In this document: positions 36,729 to 46,429 of the stretch, piece after piece | Numbering within the stretch: the first letter of the stretch is position 1 | Layout of the letters: each line of letters opens with the position of its first letter | Assembly (NCBI GenBank): GCA_965223345.1 | Contig: CBDCWG010000012.1 | Location: forward strand, 704,001-768,000 | Reading direction: 5' to 3' | From: Nitrospinales bacterium | Lineage (GTDB): Bacteria; Nitrospinota; Nitrospinia; Nitrospinales; VA-1 | Length of the DNA stretch: 64,000 bases | Program-made: the position numbers and the translations under genes | The notes under the pieces: generated by a model | What the model was told of the DNA's origin: nothing | Databases searched by the model: none | Seen by the model: only the letters and a program-made list of their open reading frames with translations

Positions 36729-38219
36729 ATGAAACTGATCGACAACCAAGCCAATATCCAGGCCATTCGAAAAATATCCTCCCTGTTTAAAACCTCATCG
36801 ATGGAAATCGACGAATTGTTGAGCACGGTGATCAACACCGCCGCCGAAATCGTCGGGGTCCGCAACGCCTCGCTGCTGCTCGTTCAGGATGAAAAGACCA
36901 AAAAGCTACAGTATTACCAGGCCTCGGGAGAAAACATGGGGCAGCTCAAGGACATCGAGATCCCGCCCGGAGTCGGTATTGCGGGCACGGTTTCAAAAAC
37001 CGGACAGGCCATCATCTCCAACGATGTGCAGAACGACCCGCGCTGGTTCAAAAAAGTCAGTGAAGAAGTGCACGACCTGGTGGAATCGATCGCCTGCATG
37101 CCGTTGATCCTGGAAAAAAAGGTGATCGGCGTCATCCAGTTCATGGACAAACAGGAGGGGGACGGTTTTTCCGAAAAGGACGTGGAAATTCTGGATAAAT
37201 TTTCCAAAATGATCCCCAAATTTTTTCTCGCTTCCAAAAGCCGGGTGGCGCTGGGTGAAGAATTCAACCGGCTGAAAGAAAAATACCTCAAACGCTACAT
37301 GATCGTCGGAGAAAGCCAGGCCATCAAAAAATGCATCGCCCTCGCGGAAAGGCTGGCCGACTCGAAAGCCGCGGTGTTGATTTCCGGTGAAAGCGGTACC
37401 GGCAAGGAACTGTTCGCGCATCTGATTCACGATCATGGCCCGCGTCAGACCAAGCCCTTCGTTTCCGTGAGCTGCGGAGCCCTGCCGGCTTCGATTCTCG
37501 AACGGGAGCTGTTCGGCCATGAAAAGGGCGCCTTCACCAGCGCCGACACCACCAAGATCGGCCTGTTCGAAGCGGCGCATCAGGGCACCCTGTTTCTCGA
37601 TGAAATCGGCGAAATGCCCATGGACATGCAGGTCAAACTGCTGCGGGTGATCCAGGAAGAGTCGTTCATCCGCCTGGGAGGCACCGAAACCATCAATGTG
37701 GATGTGCGCATCATCACCGCCACGAACCGGGACCTGGAGCAGATGGTGCGGGAGGGGCAGTTCCGCCAGGATCTGTATTATAGGATCAATGTGATCGGAA
37801 TCAAACTGCCGCCGCTGCGCGAACGGCGCGAAGACATCCCCGACCTGGTGACCTATTTTATAAAAAAACACACGCCCGATGGGCAACCCGGCCGAAAAAT
37901 AAATAAAAATCTCATGGCGCATTTGATGGGCTACAACTGGCCGGGCAATATCCGGGAGCTGGAAAACACGATGGAGCGCGCCATCGTGCTCACCGACGGC
38001 AACGAGTTGACGCCGGAAGCGTTTCCCTTTGAATCGCAGCAGACCCCCATCGAGGTCAATGTCGGGGCTTCCCTCAAGGAAGCCAACGATTCCTTCCGCC
38101 GCACCTTCATCATGAACACCCTCAAGTCCACAGGAGGAAACCGCACCAAGGCGGCGAAGATACTCAACGTGCAGCGCTCCTACCTGTCCCGGCTGATCAA
38201 GGAGCTGGAAATCGACTGA
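36729..38219 (+). CDS. GAF-domain sigma54-dependent transcriptional activator with Fis-type HTH
   Basis: GAF domain; [49 protein letters not shown]. Confidence 0.92.
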   Translation: MKLIDNQANIQAIRKISSLFKTSSMEIDELLSTVINTAAEIVGVRNASLLLVQDEKTKKLQYYQASGENMGQLKDIEIPPGVGIAGTVSKTGQAIISNDVQNDPRWFKKVSEEVHDLVESIACMPLILEKKVIGVIQFMDKQEGDGFSEKDVEILDKFSKMIPKFFLASKSRVALGEEFNRLKEKYLKRYMIVGESQAIKKCIALAERLADSKAAVLISGESGTGKELFAHLIHDHGPRQTKPFVSVSCGALPASILERELFGHEKGAFTSADTTKIGLFEAAHQGTLFLDEIGEMPMDMQVKLLRVIQEESFIRLGGTETINVDVRIITATNRDLEQMVREGQFRQDLYYRINVIGIKLPPLRERREDIPDLVTYFIKKHTPDGQPGRKINKNLMAHLMGYNWPGNIRELENTMERAIVLTDGNELTPEAFPFESQQTPIEVNVGASLKEANDSFRRTFIMNTLKSTGGNRTKAAKILNVQRSYLSRLIKELEID

Positions 38220-38386
38220 CGATTCCGTTCCGCTCCCCGCTTCCCCCCTTCATAAAAATCCCCTTTGCGGGCGGTTTCTGGTAATATGCCTGCCGCTCCA
38301 AAGATTCCAGACGTTTTCAACCTGCGGTGTCTGTTTTCGGACCCTGTGGAGCGGTCCCTCAGCCTGCCTGAACTTCAGAGACAATC

Positions 38387-39238
38387 ATGGCCCTCATCGA
38401 TGGAAAGCAAGTCGCCTCCGAAATCAAGGAAACGATCGCCGGACAGGTGACCGCGCTCAAGCAGAAAACCGGCAAGAGCCCCGGGCTGGCCACGGTGCTG
38501 GTGGGGGAGGACCCCGCATCGGCGGTGTACGTGCGCAACAAGAACAAGACCTGTCAAAAGCTGGGGTTTGTCTCCTTCGAGCACAACCTGTCCGAAAACA
38601 CGCAGGAGAGCGAATTGCTGGCGCTGGTCGCCGCGCTCAACGAAAACCCCGAGGTGAGCGGCATCCTGGTTCAGTTGCCGCTTCCCGAGCACATCGATTC
38701 CAAAAAGGTGCTGGAAGCCATCGACCCGATCAAGGATGTGGACGGCTTTCACCCGGTGAACGTCGGTCACCTGAGCACCGGTGAAGCCTTGCTGACCCCC
38801 TGCACGCCCAGTGGCATCATCCGGCTGCTGGACCACACCGGCATCGCCATCGAGGGAGCGCGGGCGGTGGTGCTCGGACGCAGCAACATCGTCGGCAAGC
38901 CGGTGGCGATGCTGCTTCTGCAGCGCAACGCCACGGTGACGGTGTGCCATTCGCGCACCCGCGACCTGCCGGAAGTCACACGCAGCGCGGACATCCTGAT
39001 CGCCGCCATCGGCAAACCCCATTTTGTGACCGGGGACATGGTGAAAGAAGGCGCGGTGGTGGTCGATGTGGGCATCAACCGGGTGGACGGCAAGCTGGTG
39101 GGGGATGTGCATTTCGAGGAGGTGTCGCCGAAAGCCGCCTGGATCACGCCGGTGCCCGGAGGGGTGGGGCCGATGACCATCGCTCTGCTCATGGAAAACA
39201 CCCTCAAGGCCTTTCAGGCCCAGCACGGACTGTCCTGA
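38387..39238 (+). CDS. folD: Methylenetetrahydrofolate dehydrogenase/cyclohydrolase
   Basis: IDGK, KDVDGFHP, PCTP, GRSNIVGKP, TPVPGGVGPMT. Confidence 0.97.
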   Translation: MALIDGKQVASEIKETIAGQVTALKQKTGKSPGLATVLVGEDPASAVYVRNKNKTCQKLGFVSFEHNLSENTQESELLALVAALNENPEVSGILVQLPLPEHIDSKKVLEAIDPIKDVDGFHPVNVGHLSTGEALLTPCTPSGIIRLLDHTGIAIEGARAVVLGRSNIVGKPVAMLLLQRNATVTVCHSRTRDLPEVTRSADILIAAIGKPHFVTGDMVKEGAVVVDVGINRVDGKLVGDVHFEEVSPKAAWITPVPGGVGPMTIALLMENTLKAFQAQHGLS

Positions 39239-39271
39239 GTCTCTGATGCGCTCCTTTTGTTACCGACTCCT

Positions 39272-40636
39272 ATGAATGCGGATCTGTTCACAAGCGAATC
39301 CGAGGACGCGGCTCCCCGGGTCTACAAGGTCTCCGAGCTCACGCGCGGCGTGCGTGCGGTGCTGGAGCAGGCGTTCGACCGGGTCTGGGTGGAAGGGGAG
39401 ATTTCCAACCTGCGGGTGGCCGCCTCGAAACACGCGTATTTCGTTCTCAAAGATGAAAAATCGCAGATCCGCTGCGTGTTGTTCAAGAATTACCGGGCCG
39501 GTCTGAAATTCCAGCTCGCGGACGGGGACCACGTCGTTTTGTCCGGCCGGCTGACCGTGTACGACGCGCGCGGCGAGTATCAGATCATCGTCGAAACGGT
39601 GGACCCGGTGGGGCTGGGGGCGTTGCAGAAAGCCTACGAGCAGCTCAAGGAAAAACTGGAGAAGGAAGGGCTTTTCGATCCCGCACGTAAAAAAGCATTG
39701 CCGCAGTTTCCCTGGCGAGTCGGCGTCGTCACCTCCCCCACCGGCGCTGCGGTGCGGGATGTGCTGCATGTCATCCGCCGGCGCAATGCCAAAGTCTCGG
39801 TCCTGGTCTTTCCGGTGAAGGTTCAGGGCGAAGGCGCGGCGGAAGAAGTGGCGGCGGCCATCGAACGCGCCAACCGGCTGAACGACCTCGACGTTTTGAT
39901 CGTGGGCCGCGGCGGCGGCTCGATCGAGGATCTGTGGGCCTTCAATGAAGAGGTCGTCGCCCGCGCCATCGCCGCGTCTGAGATTCCGGTGGTCTCGGCG
40001 GTGGGCCATGAAATCGATTTCACGATCGCCGATTTCGTGGCCGATCTGCGTGCGCCCACACCTTCGGCGGCGGCGGAACTGACGGTTCCGGTGCTGCGCG
40101 ACATCCTGTACACGATCGCCACCCACACGCAGCAGATGATCGCCACCAGCGAGCGGCGTCTGAAAGAACAGCGCGAGCGGCTGCACCGGCTGATGGACCG
40201 GCGGTTTTTCCGGCAGCCGCTGGAAATCCTCGCTCCGCAGGGACAGCGGCTGGACGAATTGAACCACCGGCTGTTGCGCGGATTGGGGCAATGGGTGCTC
40301 TTACAGAGGGAACGGCTCAAAGGACAGGTGGAACGGCTGTTTCAGGCTTCGCCGGCGAAACGCATCGTTCCCCTCACCGACCGCACCGAATCGTTGCAAC
40401 ACCGGCTCGTGCAGCACATGGCCGCTCAGGTGAAGTACGAAAAGAACCGGTTCGAGGGCGTGGTCAAAAACCTCAATGCCCTCAATCCGCTGACGATCCT
40501 CGACCGGGGATACAGCATCTGCACCCTCGACGGCAAGGGGCTCAAATCCTCGCAGGAGGCGAAACCGGGAGATTCGGTGCAGGTGCGTCTGGCAGAGGGC
40601 CGCCTCGACTGCCGCGTCGAAAAGACTCAGGAATGA
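39272..40636 (+). CDS. xseA: Exodeoxyribonuclease VII large subunit
   Basis: VEGEISN, GRGGGSIEDLWAFNEE, SAVGHEID, APTPSAAAE, LDRGYS. Confidence 0.97.
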   Translation: MNADLFTSESEDAAPRVYKVSELTRGVRAVLEQAFDRVWVEGEISNLRVAASKHAYFVLKDEKSQIRCVLFKNYRAGLKFQLADGDHVVLSGRLTVYDARGEYQIIVETVDPVGLGALQKAYEQLKEKLEKEGLFDPARKKALPQFPWRVGVVTSPTGAAVRDVLHVIRRRNAKVSVLVFPVKVQGEGAAEEVAAAIERANRLNDLDVLIVGRGGGSIEDLWAFNEEVVARAIAASEIPVVSAVGHEIDFTIADFVADLRAPTPSAAAELTVPVLRDILYTIATHTQQMIATSERRLKEQRERLHRLMDRRFFRQPLEILAPQGQRLDELNHRLLRGLGQWVLLQRERLKGQVERLFQASPAKRIVPLTDRTESLQHRLVQHMAAQVKYEKNRFEGVVKNLNALNPLTILDRGYSICTLDGKGLKSSQEAKPGDSVQVRLAEGRLDCRVEKTQE

Positions 40637-40836
40637 GATTCAACGCCCCGATGCAACCGCATCTCGGCGGCGTTCCCTGCAAGACGCGATTTTCTAACCG
40701 TTTGCCTCGTCCCGGCGCTGCCTGACTTCACCCTCCCACCGGACCCGCTTTTTCAACACTTTTTCCCCCGTTTGCAAGCTAAGGGTTTGTTCTCCTAAGG
40801 CCCTATTCCAGAACGCTTTGGTAAATTCTCCAGGTG

Positions 40837-40865
40837 TTGACCCTTGCCGGTATCCGTTATATATT
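40837..40865 (+). promoter_or_regulatory. Putative sigma70 promoter of the caspase/FGE gene
   Basis: TTGACC-N17-TATATT about 45 bp before ATG 40908. Confidence 0.5.
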
Positions 40866-40907
40866 TCTTAGTTGAACCTACAGAACGACCGTCGCTTCGA
40901 GTTATTC

Positions 40908-43900
40908 ATGAAAACCCCTCGCATCGGGTTTGTTTTGATTCTGCTGTTTCTGGTATTTCCGGTTTCCGGGGCGTTGTCGGAAAACAGCGGGACGGACACC
41001 CGTGGGCATAAAGAGTTTTCCATCCTGGACAAGGACGGAAAAAAAATCTGGCTTTATAAGGAAAGCCATGCCCTCGTTGTGGGTATCAGCGATTACCGCA
41101 AAGGCTGGCCGGATGTCCCCGGCATCAAGAACGACATCCGCGCGGTGTCGGAAGTGCTCGAGGCACAGGGGTTTCACGTCAAGGTCGTGGAGAACCCCTC
41201 TCAGACGGAACTGGAAAACGCCTTTCGCAATTTCATCCTCACACACGGTCTCAAACCCGAAAACCGCCTGCTGTTTTATTTCGCCGGGCACGGCTACACC
41301 CACAAACCCAGTTATGCGGTGAAAGATCCGGATGAATGGATGGGATACATCGTGTCCCGCGATGCGCCCGACCCGCGTCAGGACCTGCCCGGTTTTTTCC
41401 GTCACGCGCTCAGCATGCAGAACATGGAAGAGATGGCGCTGAAGATCGAATCCAAGCATGCCATTTTCGTGTTCGACAGTTGTTTTTCCGGTTCCGTGTT
41501 TGCGTTTAGCCGTGCGATCCCGCGCGATATCCGGGAACGCACCTCCAAACCGGTGCGCCAGTTCATCACCGCCGGCAACGCCGACCAGCAGATTCCGGAC
41601 ATCAGCATCTTTCGCAGACAGTTCACCGCCGCCTTGTCCGGAGAGGGGGACAAAAACAAGGACGGCTACCTCACCGGCACCGAGCTGGGCATGTATCTTG
41701 AGGAAACGGTCACCAACCTGAGCCGGGGATCGCAGACACCGCAATACGGGAAAATCCGCCATCGCCGGCTCAACAAAGGGGATTTCGTGTTTCCGTTGCA
41801 GGCTCCGCAGGGAACCGAGGTCGCTTCCAGCGGTTCGGGTTCCGGAGAAGAAACGGCGCTGGACCGGCTGCTGCGCGAGGTCAAAAAGAAAATCTTCAAA
41901 AAGGAAGAACGGGAAAAGAATATCGAATCGCATTTCGCCAAACTGCAGGAGCTGGACGGGGTCGATGAAAGCCTGGTTTCCCGCAGCGTGAAGATCAAAT
42001 CCTGGCAGGACTTTATCAAGAAATATCCCGAGGACAATCCCCGGCTGGATGAAGCCAACAAGCGGCTGCTCAGCTTGAAAGGGTCGGACAAAGGCAAGGC
42101 GGTGCAGAAACGCTACCGGGAAATCCTCGCCAAAGTGGAAACGATGGATTCCTATGACGGCAAAGCCAGCCTGTGGAAGGAATTCGTCGCCGCCTACCCG
42201 GATAACAATCCCCGACTGAAAGAAGCCAAAGGCCGCATTCAGGAACTCGAAAAGCAGATCCGGCTTGAAGGCCTGGAGAAGCAGTACGCGCTGCTTCTGG
42301 ATAAAGAAAAAAAGGTGAAGTCCCCGGAAGACAAGATCCGCATGTGGAAAGGGTTCACGGAAAAATATCCGGACCGCAACCCGCACCTGAAAGAGGCGAA
42401 TGAAAAACTGGAAGAGATTCGCAAAGAAAAGAAAGTCCGCGACGAATACGACAAGCTGGTCAAGCTGGATAAGGATTCGGCCTCGTTTGAGGAAAAAGCC
42501 GGCCGCTGGAAGAAATTTATAGAGCAATATCCGAAAGACAACCCGCGGTTGAAGGATGCCAAAGCCAAGCAGAAAAAATGGATGCAGAAAAACCGCGAGA
42601 AAAACATCGAAGAGCAGGTGGCCAGTATCCTGTCGCTGGATAAGAAAGAGGCGACCCTGGAAGAGAAGCAGGCGGCGTGGCAGGGGTTTCTCACGCAGTT
42701 TCCGGAGAAAAATTCCCGCACCGAGTTTGCCCGCAAGAAACTCAAGCAACTGAAAAAAGCGAAAGTGAAGCAGGAGAAGGAAAAGCTGGCGGCGGTGCGA
42801 AAGAAAATGGAAGCGCAGCGCAGGGAGAATCAGCTGAAGAAGGAGCGTCTGGCGGAAGAGCGGCGTAAGCTGGAAGAAAAACGAAAAGCCGTCGAGGCCA
42901 AAAAGAAAAAAAAGGAACAGCAACCCCAAAAAAAGCTGGCCTCCCTGGTGCCGGCCCCACCCGAGGAGAAAGCGTTGCCTGTGCCCGCCAAGGTGAGTGG
43001 GATGGTTCAGGTTCCTGCGGGCGAGTATTATGCCGGCGAAGTGGGATCCTTGAAACCGGTGCGCACGCAAGCGTTTTACATCGATACGCGTGAGGTGACG
43101 CAGAAGGAATTTGAGCAGGTGATGGGCAGCAACCCGTCGCATTTCAAAGGTGCGGACCGCCCGGTGGAACGGGTGACCTGGAAGCAGGCGAAAGAGTATT
43201 GCAGCAAGGTGGGCAAGCGCCTGCCGAAGATGGTCGAGTGGGAAAAAGCGGCGCGCGCCGGCACCCGCACGCGGTTTTACTGGGGCGACCGGCTGCAGAA
43301 AAACAAGGCCAATTGCGATGGCTGCGGCAGCCGGTGGGATGGCAACGAAACAGCGCCGGTGGGCAGCTTCCCGCCCAACAAACTCGGGTTGTACGACATG
43401 GCCGGCAACGTGTGGGAATGGGTGGAGGAATCGCACGACGAACTCAACAAATACCTGCGCGGCGGTTCCTGGCTGGACGACACCGTGCAGGTGCAGTCGG
43501 ACGGCACTTATTTCGTGCGGCCGGACAACCGCAGCTACGACATCGGGTTTCGCTGTGTCAGCGACCGGGCGCCCTCGCCCAATCAGAAACTCGCTTCCCT
43601 CAAGCCGGTGGCTTCCCGGGCCCGGGCGTCTCTGGGAGGGACTTCCGACGGCATGGTGCGGATTGCGGCCGGTGAATACTATGCCGGCGGGGTCGGTTCG
43701 TTGAAACCCGTCCGCACCAAAACATTTTTCATCGATGCGCGGGAAGTGACACAGAAGGAATACGAGAAGGTGATGGGCAACAATCCGTCGCATTTCAAAG
43801 GTGCGGACCGCCCGGTGGAACGGGTGACGTGGCATGATGCGCGCCAGTACTGCGAGAAACTGGGCAAACGTCTGCCGAAGATGGCCGAGTGGGAAAAAGC

Positions 43901-44216
43901 GGCGCGCGCCGGCACCCGCACGCGGTTTTACTGGGGCGACAAGCTGGGCAACAACCAGGCGAACTGCGATGGCTGCGGCAGCCGGTGGGACGGCCGCAAG
44001 ACGGCGCCGGTGGGCAGCTTCCCGCCCAACCAGTTCGGGCTGTACGACATGGCGGGCAATGTGTGGGAGTGGGTGGACGAATCGCACGACGAACACAACA
44101 AATACCTGCGCGGCGGTTCGTGGCTGGACGATTCGAGCAACGTGCAGTCGGATGGCACCTATTTTGTGCGGCCGGACAACAAAAGCTACGACATCGGTTT
44201 TCGCTGTGCAAAATAA
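40908..44216 (+). CDS. Exported multidomain protein: caspase-like (C14) peptidase, 5 helical repeats, coiled coil, 2 FGE-sulfatase-fold domains
   Basis: Signal peptide; ALVVGISDY, YFAGHG, FDSCFSG, QTPQY; W..F...YP..NP repeats; two EVT/RLP..EWEKAAR/MAGNVWEW/GFRC domains. Confidence 0.88.
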   Translation: MKTPRIGFVLILLFLVFPVSGALSENSGTDTRGHKEFSILDKDGKKIWLYKESHALVVGISDYRKGWPDVPGIKNDIRAVSEVLEAQGFHVKVVENPSQTELENAFRNFILTHGLKPENRLLFYFAGHGYTHKPSYAVKDPDEWMGYIVSRDAPDPRQDLPGFFRHALSMQNMEEMALKIESKHAIFVFDSCFSGSVFAFSRAIPRDIRERTSKPVRQFITAGNADQQIPDISIFRRQFTAALSGEGDKNKDGYLTGTELGMYLEETVTNLSRGSQTPQYGKIRHRRLNKGDFVFPLQAPQGTEVASSGSGSGEETALDRLLREVKKKIFKKEEREKNIESHFAKLQELDGVDESLVSRSVKIKSWQDFIKKYPEDNPRLDEANKRLLSLKGSDKGKAVQKRYREILAKVETMDSYDGKASLWKEFVAAYPDNNPRLKEAKGRIQELEKQIRLEGLEKQYALLLDKEKKVKSPEDKIRMWKGFTEKYPDRNPHLKEANEKLEEIRKEKKVRDEYDKLVKLDKDSASFEEKAGRWKKFIEQYPKDNPRLKDAKAKQKKWMQKNREKNIEEQVASILSLDKKEATLEEKQAAWQGFLTQFPEKNSRTEFARKKLKQLKKAKVKQEKEKLAAVRKKMEAQRRENQLKKERLAEERRKLEEKRKAVEAKKKKKEQQPQKKLASLVPAPPEEKALPVPAKVSGMVQVPAGEYYAGEVGSLKPVRTQAFYIDTREVTQKEFEQVMGSNPSHFKGADRPVERVTWKQAKEYCSKVGKRLPKMVEWEKAARAGTRTRFYWGDRLQKNKANCDGCGSRWDGNETAPVGSFPPNKLGLYDMAGNVWEWVEESHDELNKYLRGGSWLDDTVQVQSDGTYFVRPDNRSYDIGFRCVSDRAPSPNQKLASLKPVASRARASLGGTSDGMVRIAAGEYYAGGVGSLKPVRTKTFFIDAREVTQKEYEKVMGNNPSHFKGADRPVERVTWHDARQYCEKLGKRLPKMAEWEKAARAGTRTRFYWGDKLGNNQANCDGCGSRWDGRKTAPVGSFPPNQFGLYDMAGNVWEWVDESHDEHNKYLRGGSWLDDSSNVQSDGTYFVRPDNKSYDIGFRCAK
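42999..44207 (+). repeat. Intragenic tandem duplication of the FGE domain (period 651 bp)
   Basis: Copies at about 42999-43556 and 43650-44207, including an identical 55-bp run CGAGTGGGAAAAAGCGG...TGGGGCGAC. Confidence 0.9.
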
Positions 44217-44271
44217 TACTTTATTCCAATCGGTCCTTTTGTGATGATGGGTACTTTGCAGCGAGGAGGCC

Positions 44272-44520
44272 ATGGCGGAAATCAAATTTGAAAAAGCGAT
44301 GAAGCGGCTGGAGCAGATTGTCGAGGAGCTGGAAAAAGGCGAGCTCGATATCGACAAATCGCTTGAGATTTTCGAGGAGGGCATCAAAATGTCCCGTGTC
44401 TGTTCCAAAAAGCTCAATGAGGCGGAGGCGAAGATCGAAAAGCTGACGCAGGACAAGAAGGGGGAGTTGATCACGGAATTGTTCCCGGTGGAAGAAGAGG
44501 ACAAGGATGCCCCCGATTAA
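44272..44520 (+). CDS. xseB: Exodeoxyribonuclease VII small subunit
   Basis: FEKAMKRLEQIVEELEKGEL....LEIFEEG. Confidence 0.95.
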   Translation: MAEIKFEKAMKRLEQIVEELEKGELDIDKSLEIFEEGIKMSRVCSKKLNEAEAKIEKLTQDKKGELITELFPVEEEDKDAPD

Positions 44521-45300
44521 AAAAATCCGTCTCGATCAGCTGCTGGTAAAAAAAAACTCTCCCCGTCGCGGGAACAGGCGCAAGGGTTGATCCTTGCCGG
44601 AAAAGTGAGGGTCAACGCGTGCGTGGCGGCAAAGCCCGGGGCGCACGTCACGGAAGACAGCCGCGTGGAGGTCTCGGGACCGCTTCACCCGTATGTGAGC
44701 CGGGGAGGTCTCAAGCTCGCGCATGCTTTGGAGGCGTTCGGTCTTTCGCCGCACGGCAAAGTCGTCGCGGACATCGGGGCGTCCACGGGAGGCTTCACCG
44801 ATTGTCTCTTGCAGCAGGGAGCCGAAAAAGTTTATGCGGTGGACGTCGGCTACGGGCAGCTCGACTGGAAGCTGCAGAACGACCCGCGGGTCGTTCGCCG
44901 GGACCGGACCAACGCCCGCTATCTCTCAACAGAAGATTTTGATTCTCCCATCGATCTTGCCGTCGTCGATGTTTCGTTCATTTCCCTAAAGCTCATCTTC
45001 CCACCGTTGTTTGCCATTCTGCATCTTAAGGGCGACTGCGTCGCCCTCGTCAAACCGCAGTTTGAAGTGGGCAGGGACGAAGTGGAAAACAAGGGGATCA
45101 TCCGCGATCCGCAAAAGCACCTCAACGTGCTTTTGGAATTGACCGTTTGTGTCGAAACGCTGGGAGGCGGCGTTCTCGGCCTGACCTCTTCCCCGGTACT
45201 CGGGCAGAAAGGCAACCGGGAGTTTCTCATCCATTGCGCACCTCAAAAACGCGGACCTTCTTTGCCAGAGGAGCGCATCCGCAGAGAAGTGAATTCATGA
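44507..45300 (+). CDS. tlyA: TlyA-family rRNA 2'-O-methyltransferase with an apparent frameshift at A9 (44548-44556)
   Basis: MPPIKKIRLDQLLVKK in one frame continues as LSPSREQAQGLILAGKV...YVSRGGLKL, DIGASTGGFT, DVSFISL, VKPQFE, GNREF in another. Confidence 0.88.
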
Positions 45301-45325
45301 CAACATTTTTCATGCGAGCGTTCCC

Positions 45326-45913
45326 ATGATCTTGAGTGGCAACGATATCCTGGATAAAGTGGACGCGGGTTTGTTCGTGATCGAACCGAAACCGGAGGCG
45401 GACCAGATCGATGCCACGGCGATCGACCTGCGTATGGGGCAGTCCTTGTGGCTGTGGGACATCGAGGCGATCCAGAAAAGCGGCAACGAAAAAGGCGAGG
45501 AAACGCTGCGCATCGATGTGGACCGCATGAACTACGCGGAACTGACAGAAAACTACTTGCGGGAAGTGGCGTTGAACGCGACGGGCCAGTACGTGATCGA
45601 GCCGCAACGGGTGTACCTGGCATCGACGCACGAAAAAGTGGCGCTGCCCACGGGGTCGCGGCTGGCGGCGCGCATCGAAGGGAAGAGCAGTCTCGCCCGC
45701 CTCGGGCTCGCGGTTCACATCACCGCACCCACCATCCACTGCGGCAGCGGGCTCGGGATCATCACTCTGGAGATGTACAACCAGGGACCGTTTTCTCTGG
45801 AGATGACACCGGGAAGCTCGCGGATTTGCCAGCTCATTTTAGAAGAGGTGTCGAGCGAACCGGAGGAGAGGACGGGGCGCCGCTTCATGGATCAGAAAAC
45901 GCCCAAGGGGTGA
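45326..45913 (+). CDS. dcd: dCTP deaminase
   Basis: MILS..DI, IDLR, EGKSSLARLGL, ITLE, RICQL. Confidence 0.85.
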   Translation: MILSGNDILDKVDAGLFVIEPKPEADQIDATAIDLRMGQSLWLWDIEAIQKSGNEKGEETLRIDVDRMNYAELTENYLREVALNATGQYVIEPQRVYLASTHEKVALPTGSRLAARIEGKSSLARLGLAVHITAPTIHCGSGLGIITLEMYNQGPFSLEMTPGSSRICQLILEEVSSEPEERTGRRFMDQKTPKG

Positions 45914-45917
45914 AGGG

Positions 45918-46274
45918 TTAAACTTCGTCCTTGTAAACGATGAAGCTGTCCACCGGATAAACCAGGTGGGATTCGCCCCACTGCCCTTCGGCGTCCAGCT
46001 GCCACTCCGACTCGTCTTCGAGAAACTTCATGCGGATGCCGCCGCTGCCGCCATAGATGAGCAGGGCGATGCCGTCGCCGGATTCTTCCACCTGACAGGC
46101 GTACGCGGGACAGGGTCGGTTGGTCTGCGAATCCCAGCCCGTGACCTGCACCGGCTGGTCTTCGATCCCACGCTGGTATTTGATGCAGAACACCTCGCGC
46201 GGCGGGGACACGTCGCGGTAGAGCATGGTGATGCCATTCTCGGTGTTGGGATTGGATTCCACTTCCAGATACAT
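45918..46274 (-). CDS. Hypothetical acidic protein
   Basis: 118-aa ORF filling the gap between dcd and the HD-GYP gene; no recognised motif. Confidence 0.6.
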   Translation of the reverse strand: MYLEVESNPNTENGITMLYRDVSPPREVFCIKYQRGIEDQPVQVTGWDSQTNRPCPAYACQVEESGDGIALLIYGGSGGIRMKFLEDESEWQLDAEGQWGESHLVYPVDSFIVYKDEV

Positions 46275-46429
46275 GGCGGCTCTCTGAATCTCTACAACAT
46301 CCTTGCGGGGAGCGAATCTTGGTCGAGTCCATCATAGCACCGGCCGGGTGGATTCCCCACGGGATTTTAGCGGTCGGGTATGAAAATGAAGTGGAACGCA
46401 GAGAAGGGGATCGATGCGGAGCGGCAAAC

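Noticed and set aside
42999..44207. Possible diversity-generating retroelement (FGE/C-type-lectin target with a near-identical repeat)
   Set aside because: Both copies are in-frame coding domains, the mismatches are largely third-position and not adenine-specific, and no reverse transcriptase is in the window
40902..44504. 1200-aa antisense ORF, and similar long shadows at 3967-5514, 8596-10533, 21845-24064 and 34543-36372
   Set aside because: They lie opposite or out of frame with well-supported genes, have no motifs, and are expected from GC-rich codon bias
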